A stretch of 23,663 nucleotides of DNA from Synechococcus sp. Its GTDB lineage: Bacteria > Cyanobacteriota > Cyanobacteriia > Thermostichales > PCC-7336. A program made the translations under genes and the position numbers. This document shows, one piece after another, positions 9,118 to 16,464 of this stretch. The notes under the pieces are model-generated. The model did no database searches. It was not told the DNA's origin and was given only the letters and a program-made list of their open reading frames with translations. The stretch spans positions 1 through 23,663 of the forward strand of contig JBFRWD010000113.1 in the NCBI GenBank assembly GCA_051439425.1. The letters are read 5' to 3'. How positions within the stretch are numbered: position 1 is the first letter of the stretch; each line of letters starts with the position of its first letter.

Positions 9118-9762
9118 TTAGCGTTTGTCTAACTTGATTTCTACACGCTTACCGTTAACAGGATTTATCTGGCAGGTTAACTGCCGAGATATGTTTCGAG
9201 CTGTGGTTTGACGCATGGTGGAACTTTGACAAGTCTTTTGACCCGGCTGATTTGCGGTAGAGGTGGTTTTGGTTTCAGCAACATCCCAGCCGACAAACTG
9301 CACGCTGTAGCACAAGGATAACCATTCCTTGTCAGATTGCCAAAGTTTGCTGAGGGTCTGGGCCTGTTCCGCGGTGAGACTTGCGCTCAATACACATCGG
9401 TTGTCCCCCATGAGGGTCGGTTGTCCTGTCAAAGTGAGTATATCGTCAATCTCCACCGTGACGGTTCCGCTTCTCCAGTCAGGGGAACTGAAGTGGGGTG
9501 GATTGCCCTCTTTTGCGGTTAGAGCAGCGGTCACTGCCAGCTGTTCAGCTGGTGATAATCCGAGGGAGGTCGTCAGGTTCAGCTGACCGCCTGTGGTGAT
9601 GCCCCGCTTCTGATAGGTCATCAGCGTCATGTCGACAGCCCCCTCGATCAGAGAGAGGTGGGGCTGAGCGAAGGTGTAGTAGCGAGCTGAATCTTCTATA
9701 TCTGGGTAGATCCACAGGTGTGGATAGTCAACCAGGGTAATCGGACGTGTGAGATCAATCAT
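9118..9762 (-). CDS. Uncharacterised minimal paralog E (214 aa), core domain only
   Basis: Motifs IYPDIEDSARYY, TGGQLNLTT, SGTVTV and GQPTLMGDNR match the family core. No C-terminal repeats. Confidence 0.85.
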   Translation of the reverse strand: MIDLTRPITLVDYPHLWIYPDIEDSARYYTFAQPHLSLIEGAVDMTLMTYQKRGITTGGQLNLTTSLGLSPAEQLAVTAALTAKEGNPPHFSSPDWRSGTVTVEIDDILTLTGQPTLMGDNRCVLSASLTAEQAQTLSKLWQSDKEWLSLCYSVQFVGWDVAETKTTSTANQPGQKTCQSSTMRQTTARNISRQLTCQINPVNGKRVEIKLDKR

Positions 9763-9865
9763 CTTAGGAACTTAGTAGAAATACGTTGGACAATTGGATG
9801 GCTTATAGTGCCTGTGAAAGCAGAATTCAAATTTAAAGCTGTTCAATTTATTTTTTCTAGACTTC

Positions 9866-11479
9866 TTAGCTTCCACTCCCACTGCCGCCGGCAGCTGACA
9901 GCAGCAGTCGAATCAGGGCAATACCACCCCAGGCCTGACGGGAATCGGGATCGGCTATTTCGTCATACAGAATCTGTTCTTGAGAGCTGCGGCTAGCGGC
10001 AGGTAGCGGCAGACGCACCCGTTTTACTTTGCCAAGCGAACTGCCTACAGCAATGTTGAACCAGGCGTCTATGGCGGTTTGCAGATTAGCCGGTGAGGAG
10101 CCCAAATGGGTTCCCCAGAGGTTGCGGCGATAGCCGATCGTCTCGGCATGGTTGTTTTCATCCATAAACGCCACTGAATGCTCTAGATCGGTGTAGAGGC
10201 TGCGGCGCATCATGTTGGCAGAGCCTACCATGGCCCAAAAATCGTCAATCAGCGTAGTTTTAGGATGTATGACGACAGGATCGGTGCGGCGGAAAATGCC
10301 AACGCGATCGCGTTGGGCAACACTCAACCCCCGCAACAGATGGTCGTTAATCGCGATTTGGAAATCGGTTGAAGAGCCGCCGGGGGCAGTGGGGTCGGGC
10401 CCTCCGATCGTTAAGATGACTTTTAAGCCTGACTGGGCTTTGATCTGAGCATTCATCACATCGAAGAGTTCCTCGCCAGTGAAGGCTTGATCTTCCATAT
10501 AGATGTAGGTTTGGGCTCCTTGGAGGGCTCGTATCCAGGCATTGCGCACATCAAACCGTCCTCTTGGAGCATAACTCAGGCTGTCGTTGGTGGGCAATGA
10601 CATCGCGGAGTGCGGGATTGAAAAATTCATCCTCGGCACGGTTGTCAGGCTTTGAACGTGGGATTGTCCGGCATTGGGTAGGGTCAAGCTGCGGTTGGCC
10701 AGCGTCGGCATGGATGAGGAATGACTGTTGGCTGTGATGGGGGTTTTGCGGTTGATGCGTCTGGCGACTCTGTCAATCCGAAACCCTCGAATCGTCAGTC
10801 GCACTGGGGAGCGTCCTTTGATTTCATTCCATTGCTCCCGAAAAGCGGCAAACATCGATTGGACTACAGGCCCCTCCACCTTGGCGGCGACATCGTGCCA
10901 CTGATCTTCGTGGCGGAAGGTCTGCAAATCGATGCCGCCGGTAAATCCCACTGTTTTCGTGCGATCGCCCACCAGGGCAAATTTCATATGAACGGCCCCT
11001 GCCGGGTGGGCCAAAATGTTCAATACTGCTTGATTGGCCAGGTTAGATTCGGCGCGCAGCGCTTTGATGAACTCAACACTTTCATTGTTAAGGGCCAGCA
11101 TCGAGCCGACATTGGGGTCGCCACTATTTTGAACGCGGCTATCCTGCAAAATTTCTGGGGCCATGACCCATGTCATGACGCGCACATCTACCCCCGCTCT
11201 GGCTTTAGCTTTAAGCAGATCACTCAATTTGTTGGTGGTTTTATTCAATGAAAAGGGAATGTCTAACCACCACCCCATTAGGTAGATAAACTGACCACTG
11301 GTGTCTCCGCTGCCGAGGCGATCGATCTCTGCTTTCAGGGCAGGAAAGTATTGCCTGCCGTGGATGAGGGGGGTTACTTTGTTGTTGGTTGAAATCGGAA
11401 TTGATGGAGGGTTGCTACCGAGACTGGTGGAACTTCCAACATCCATATAGCGAGCCTTGAGTTCTTGAAAAGTTGGCAT
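9866..11479 (-). CDS. Phospholipase D superfamily protein with two HKD-type motifs (537 aa)
   Basis: HMKFALVGD...GFTGGIDL and HPKTTLIDD...MVGSANM. Also IYLMGWW, GVDVRV, WHDV and YIYMEDQ motifs typical of two-domain PLDs. AGGAG RBS. Confidence 0.93.
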   Translation of the reverse strand: MPTFQELKARYMDVGSSTSLGSNPPSIPISTNNKVTPLIHGRQYFPALKAEIDRLGSGDTSGQFIYLMGWWLDIPFSLNKTTNKLSDLLKAKARAGVDVRVMTWVMAPEILQDSRVQNSGDPNVGSMLALNNESVEFIKALRAESNLANQAVLNILAHPAGAVHMKFALVGDRTKTVGFTGGIDLQTFRHEDQWHDVAAKVEGPVVQSMFAAFREQWNEIKGRSPVRLTIRGFRIDRVARRINRKTPITANSHSSSMPTLANRSLTLPNAGQSHVQSLTTVPRMNFSIPHSAMSLPTNDSLSYAPRGRFDVRNAWIRALQGAQTYIYMEDQAFTGEELFDVMNAQIKAQSGLKVILTIGGPDPTAPGGSSTDFQIAINDHLLRGLSVAQRDRVGIFRRTDPVVIHPKTTLIDDFWAMVGSANMMRRSLYTDLEHSVAFMDENNHAETIGYRRNLWGTHLGSSPANLQTAIDAWFNIAVGSSLGKVKRVRLPLPAASRSSQEQILYDEIADPDSRQAWGGIALIRLLLSAAGGSGSGS

Positions 11480-11526
11480 GAGTATCTCCTGATGGATTGC
11501 GCAGGTTTAGGGTGACCGCAGGGAGA

Positions 11527-14106
11527 CTAACCCAGGGGTCGAATGAGGAGTGGTGAGCGATTGGTGGTCTGGAATTCAGATTCGACATTAGTGCCGTCGT
11601 CAAAGAAAAAGTTTGTGCGCCACTGAAAACTGTCAGCGTTCTCATCAGGGAGACGCAGCTTCCATTCTTGGATCTGGCTGTCTGGTGAGCTGTCGATGAC
11701 CAGGGTTTCTGTTTGGGTAAATTCCTCACCCCCTGCCGGATCTTCGTAGCGTAAGTCCACCAGGACTAAGCTGACACCGATCGCACTCGGGTCGGGTCCC
11801 AGCCACCGCACTGAAATTGTTTTCACCCTATCTGCAGGAACCCCTACCAGCAGATGGGGTGAGACTGCTTCTTGCCAAGGTTCGACATCGACACCGCCAT
11901 CTTTGTAAATACAGCGCTCCTGGTAACGCAAGACGGGGGTTGTTCCTTCGGGTAAGCGAACAGTCAGCACCTGTCGCCCCGCCCCGCCCGGTTGCTTCAA
12001 TTCGTAGGTTTGGTTAAGCAAGGTATCTGAATTGCTAGTCACCTGAATATCCACGAGGACTGACTCCAGCTCGGCGAGCGGGTCTTGCATGATGATGTCA
12101 CCGCTGAGGCGGTCACTGACAGGTAGTTCCACAATCAGAGAGGCATCGGCATCTCCGCTGTCGGTATCTGGCCACTGTTTCGCGCCCAAAAACTCTGAAG
12201 AGCCATCGTCATAAAAGACGGTTGTTGCGATCTCGAACTGTTCTGTGGCATCCGCAAGGCGAATGACTGCGTTTGCAATGGGCGCATCAGAAGACAAGAC
12301 AAACAGCTCGGCATCGTCCACACCGCTAGCCTCGTTGGCATAGCGCACCTGAACGTGAACTTCTGTAATTTCTTCTGCAATATTGGGAGGCAAGCGCAAT
12401 TCAATCGGCAAAGTTCGCCCTAATTCACGCGGATGGATCGCCAAACTACGAGCATCGGTTTCGATCCAGTCGCTGGTCATGCGTAACTTATCAATTCCGA
12501 TGCCAAAGTCGCTGAGATAATCAACGATCAGCTTGTACTCATAGGTCTGCGTTCCGTTCTCATCCGCAAAAAATGTGAAGGTTTTTTTCTGCTCCCCATC
12601 CCGTAAAATTACCTCAGCTGTATCCTTGGGAAAGCTGCCATCCGATCGGATGCCATAGCGCAGCTGCACCGTCATTTGACGAACCCCCTCTGTCGTAAAA
12701 TTCACATCACCTGCACTCACATTGATATTGATGCGCTGGAAGAAGGGGTGATTCAGGTCGATCAAATTGACGTGCCGATTGAGTTCGCGGCTATCGGCCA
12801 TAAACTGAATAAAATTTTGCGGCGCGATCGTTTTCTTCTGGGCAGACACCTGCGACAGATTGTAAGTTACCGTTCGCTGCTCGCGCTGAGAAATCTGTTT
12901 GAGGGCAAAGGCAGCCTGCGGTTGACCCAATTGGTTCCACACATCGGCAGCTGTGCGGCCAGGTTGATTGCCCCCGCTGGTCCCCTGAGTGCCCCCTGTC
13001 GTCCCCGAGGATTCTCCTCCAGACGTAGGTTGGGTCGACCCCCCAGCAGTGCCGCCCCCCGTCTCCCCGGGCCTGCCGCCAGATGGGGTAGCTTCGCCTC
13101 TGCTTGCTGCTGCGTCGCTTGCTGCCCGCATGCCTGGGGTACTGGCCATGCTAGCAGCGATCGCCGCCCCTGGCCCATCGCGCATCGCATTGCTGATTTG
13201 CGTGCTAACGGTGGTCGCAGATGTAGGGTCAGCAGCGGTGATTGTGTCCCCTTGCACCTTGGGCTGACCGGGGGTCAGTGACGGTTGGAAGAGTGCCCCA
13301 GTCGCCAAATCTTTGACTAGTTTATCGATGCGCTGCTGACGAGAGGCGATCGCTTCTGGGGTAGAGAGTTCTAACGTACGGGCAACCTCGTGAATTTTAA
13401 TCGCTTCTTGCCGTTGCAGTTCTTCAATAATGTTGTCGATATCGGCTTTGAAGAAAAGCGTGCCCAGGGTAAAACGCTGACGGGCATAGTCATAACTCTG
13501 CTTGAAGTCAATGGTAATTTTTAGATCGTAGGCGGGCAGCAGTCCAACGTACTCCAGCTCGTAGACCACCCCCACCGGCCGCGCATCCACATCACCGCCG
13601 AGCACTCCCAAGAAGAAAGCAGCCCCCTCCTCACTGAGCGAAAATGAAAAGATAGTCCGATTATCTCCGGTGAGAGAAGGTTGGCCAGCCCCCAGGATCT
13701 TTTGAATAAACCGAGGACCACTGGCTGCCAGAGGGGCGCTCTCATCAGCGGAAGCCGTCCCTTCTGTGCCAGTGCTGCTCTCTCCTAACGCAATTACCCG
13801 AGCTGTTCCCTTAGTGTACGGAATCGGGGCCAGGGTAATCTCTTCCTCAAAGCGACGATTCAGTTCACTTTCGACCCGACCCCGTAACGGTCCCAAGTCA
13901 GACGCGACCGCCATATTGAGGAAACCACCGGTAATCGCATCGGCTGATTCTCCTCCTTTGTTATAGGTAAACAGGTCGAAAAGAGGACGGTTATTTTCTA
14001 CGGCAATCTGAGGATTGGGTGCCTCGTAGAAAAACTGTTTTTCATTATCGAGATCTTGGTAGAGGGTAACGCCGAAAATCTCCATTTTTGATTCAAGGTC
14101 TAACAT
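11527..14106 (-). CDS. Uncharacterised paralog D (859 aa): core with a long G/T/S/A-rich insertion plus ~4 beta-rich repeats
   Basis: Start moved to ATG 14106 (GGGAG upstream; MLDLESKMEIFG aligns with paralog N-termini). Motifs LYQD..QFFYEAPNP, GGFLN, GQPSLTGDNR and PVGVVY. Confidence 0.9.
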   Translation of the reverse strand: MLDLESKMEIFGVTLYQDLDNEKQFFYEAPNPQIAVENNRPLFDLFTYNKGGESADAITGGFLNMAVASDLGPLRGRVESELNRRFEEEITLAPIPYTKGTARVIALGESSTGTEGTASADESAPLAASGPRFIQKILGAGQPSLTGDNRTIFSFSLSEEGAAFFLGVLGGDVDARPVGVVYELEYVGLLPAYDLKITIDFKQSYDYARQRFTLGTLFFKADIDNIIEELQRQEAIKIHEVARTLELSTPEAIASRQQRIDKLVKDLATGALFQPSLTPGQPKVQGDTITAADPTSATTVSTQISNAMRDGPGAAIAASMASTPGMRAASDAAASRGEATPSGGRPGETGGGTAGGSTQPTSGGESSGTTGGTQGTSGGNQPGRTAADVWNQLGQPQAAFALKQISQREQRTVTYNLSQVSAQKKTIAPQNFIQFMADSRELNRHVNLIDLNHPFFQRININVSAGDVNFTTEGVRQMTVQLRYGIRSDGSFPKDTAEVILRDGEQKKTFTFFADENGTQTYEYKLIVDYLSDFGIGIDKLRMTSDWIETDARSLAIHPRELGRTLPIELRLPPNIAEEITEVHVQVRYANEASGVDDAELFVLSSDAPIANAVIRLADATEQFEIATTVFYDDGSSEFLGAKQWPDTDSGDADASLIVELPVSDRLSGDIIMQDPLAELESVLVDIQVTSNSDTLLNQTYELKQPGGAGRQVLTVRLPEGTTPVLRYQERCIYKDGGVDVEPWQEAVSPHLLVGVPADRVKTISVRWLGPDPSAIGVSLVLVDLRYEDPAGGEEFTQTETLVIDSSPDSQIQEWKLRLPDENADSFQWRTNFFFDDGTNVESEFQTTNRSPLLIRPLG

Positions 14107-14171
14107 TGTTGTCTCCCGAGCATAGAAAAAGTTGAAATGAGCTATCGTGCTGTTCGGCACGATAACATCGC

Positions 14172-16451
14172 TCACAAATTGCGAAGTGAAATAATTAATT
14201 GCGTCATCTCGCTTTCTAACCAGTCAGAAAGCGAGATGCTTCCATCCTGTTTAAATGTCTGAGAACGCCAGCGGTAGCGCAGCGTGCTGCCTGGGGGAAT
14301 GGTGAACAGCACTGGCTGAACCATCGCTTCACCAGGGGCAAAGAAGATTTCATGCCGGGCATCAGCCTCAAGCTGCTCTAGCGTCACTAGCAGCGCATCA
14401 ATGCCGGCATCTTTCAACGTTCCACCAATTAAACGAACGGTAACCGTGACCGCACGGCTATTCTTTTCACCAACTACGACAGAACCATCTGTTGTTTCCA
14501 GCCACTCACCTTCGTGGGTAAAACCAGGCTCAAAGGTGGTCTCCCGATAGCGAATCATCTGCTTGTTGGGATCGAAAATTGGCCAGCGCAGCTCGGTGCT
14601 GGCAAAAGAAGGCAAGAGCTTGACTAGAAACTCCCTTTGATAGCTGCGATCTTCATCTGTATACTGCACTTCCAGGTCAATTTCTGTGATGCTTTCGGCA
14701 ATCACATTGGGGCGAATAAAGAGCGATCGCTCTTGACTAAACGGTGCATCGATTCGCACAAGGGGATCGCTTCGCTTGGAAGGAGCATCCTCCCAGACTG
14801 TGCCATCTGAAAATACGTAGGTCACCTGCACCTGATAGGCTGGCTCGATCGGCTCCGCTGTCCGTACCCGCCATTGCAAAGGCTGTTGTAAAGAAGAAGG
14901 CAGCTCGATGCGGAATTGCTCGCTCGCAGCGAACTCGGCATCGGGGGCATCGTAGCTCAAGCGAACATCGATTTGCTTCACCGACTCGTGAATCCGACCG
15001 GGCTCGACCTCTACCTTCAACATGCCAAAATCTCGATTGGGGTTGATGGTCAGAGACTGCCCGACCCGAGTTTCAGGGGGTAGCGCGTACTCAAAGCTAT
15101 CGGTGTCAATGCCATTGTTGGGCAGAAATTCGTAGACCAACTGCACGGTGTAAGCCAGCGAATCGCGCCCGTTACGCTGGGCACCAAAGATTTTATCCCC
15201 GGTAGAGTCCGGTCTAAATAGCAGGGTTTGTTGCTTGTCCCCATATTCAAAGTTTGCTGCCACTTGTCGAATTCCCATTGAGGTAAATTCCTCTTTTAGG
15301 GGCCCGGTAGTGAGAACTTCAACCGTTTGGAAAAACTGATTGTCCAGAGGCACGCGATGAATGCGCTCTCGCAGCATTTGCTGGCTCACCAACAGCGGCA
15401 AAAACGCCTGGGGCGCATGGGTCCGCTTTTGGGGCAATCGTTCGTTGAAGCTGTAGGTTACAAATTTATCTTCGTAGCGTAGATTTGCTTTCAGAGTCAG
15501 GGAAATTTGCCCCCCACCAGTACTGCTGGCCGCCACGCCAGAGGATGCCGCACCGGTCAGGGCCGCCGCGGCAGTAGATGCCTGCCGAAGCGAATTAAGG
15601 GGGGTCGACGGCTTGAACATTTCCTGAACAATGCGCTCTTTAAACAGCTCGAGGGCAAGTTGCTTGCTTTTTTGCGCCGCTTCTCCCGTCATTTGGCTGG
15701 TTATTTGGATATCGATCGCGCTTTGTTCGCTTAAAAAGTCAATCCCAGCATTAATATCAGCTTTAAACCAAGCATATTGCCCCCCCAATCCGCCGCCAAA
15801 ATGCTTGTGAATCCGGCTGAGATTGGCATGGATAGTCACATCTACCGCTGGACTCAATCCGTAAAATTCGAGGGCGTAGACAACCCCAACGGGAGCAGCC
15901 CCTTGACTGTAAAGCCCTTCCAAAAAGGCAGCCCCCTCCTGACTGAGTTTTAATGAAAAGATAGACCGTAAATTACTCAGCAACGATGGTTTTCCGGCAC
16001 CTAGAATTCTCTCGACAAATTTTGGCCGATTGTCCAAGCGCCTATCGGATGCGGCAGCCCCAGCCTCTCCCTCTAGATTCTGCATTTCATCTAAAGCGAT
16101 CACGCTGACCGTCCCGTCTGTGTAGTGCACGGGAGCGAGGACAATGTCCGTTTCCAAGATGCCCACTCGATCGGCAAGTCGCGATCGCACCGTGCGTAAC
16201 GTAGCAGGAGGAATCACGCATTCCACCCCCATATTCATAAACCCCGCCCCCAACTCATAAGGGATTTTCGTCCCCGACAGCACCGAATGTTCTAAAGCCA
16301 CGGTATACATGTAAAGGTCAAACATCGGGCGGTTATTGACAATTGCCAGATGAGGATTAGGCGCAACATAATAAAATTGATTGGGAATTGCGTGATCGGC
16401 ATATAGTAAAGTGCCGTCGATTTCGAGTGTTGGTTGTTCAAATGTGAGCAT
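14172..16451 (-). CDS. Uncharacterised paralog C (759 aa)
   Basis: GGGAG RBS. Motifs LYADH..QFYYVAPNP, DGTVSV, GKPSLL and PVGVVY. Closest by eye to paralog D. Confidence 0.9.
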   Translation of the reverse strand: MLTFEQPTLEIDGTLLYADHAIPNQFYYVAPNPHLAIVNNRPMFDLYMYTVALEHSVLSGTKIPYELGAGFMNMGVECVIPPATLRTVRSRLADRVGILETDIVLAPVHYTDGTVSVIALDEMQNLEGEAGAAASDRRLDNRPKFVERILGAGKPSLLSNLRSIFSLKLSQEGAAFLEGLYSQGAAPVGVVYALEFYGLSPAVDVTIHANLSRIHKHFGGGLGGQYAWFKADINAGIDFLSEQSAIDIQITSQMTGEAAQKSKQLALELFKERIVQEMFKPSTPLNSLRQASTAAAALTGAASSGVAASSTGGGQISLTLKANLRYEDKFVTYSFNERLPQKRTHAPQAFLPLLVSQQMLRERIHRVPLDNQFFQTVEVLTTGPLKEEFTSMGIRQVAANFEYGDKQQTLLFRPDSTGDKIFGAQRNGRDSLAYTVQLVYEFLPNNGIDTDSFEYALPPETRVGQSLTINPNRDFGMLKVEVEPGRIHESVKQIDVRLSYDAPDAEFAASEQFRIELPSSLQQPLQWRVRTAEPIEPAYQVQVTYVFSDGTVWEDAPSKRSDPLVRIDAPFSQERSLFIRPNVIAESITEIDLEVQYTDEDRSYQREFLVKLLPSFASTELRWPIFDPNKQMIRYRETTFEPGFTHEGEWLETTDGSVVVGEKNSRAVTVTVRLIGGTLKDAGIDALLVTLEQLEADARHEIFFAPGEAMVQPVLFTIPPGSTLRYRWRSQTFKQDGSISLSDWLESEMTQLIISLRNL

Positions 16452-16464
16452 TGTTTAGCTCTCC

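Noticed and set aside
10299..10316. 18-bp perfect palindrome CCAACGCGATCGCGTTGG
   Set aside because: It is a single copy inside PLD coding sequence and centred on a HIP1 site. It is most simply a chance extension, with no support for a parS or operator role.
12676..13281. Plus-strand and alternative-frame ORFs over the GC-rich linker of D, and similar shadow ORFs across the operon and IS
   Set aside because: They are antisense or alternative frames of well-supported genes, with no motifs of their own.
14107..14175. N-terminal extension of paralog D (882-aa call)
   Set aside because: Met at 14106 has a GGGAG RBS and aligns with the starts of the other paralogs.
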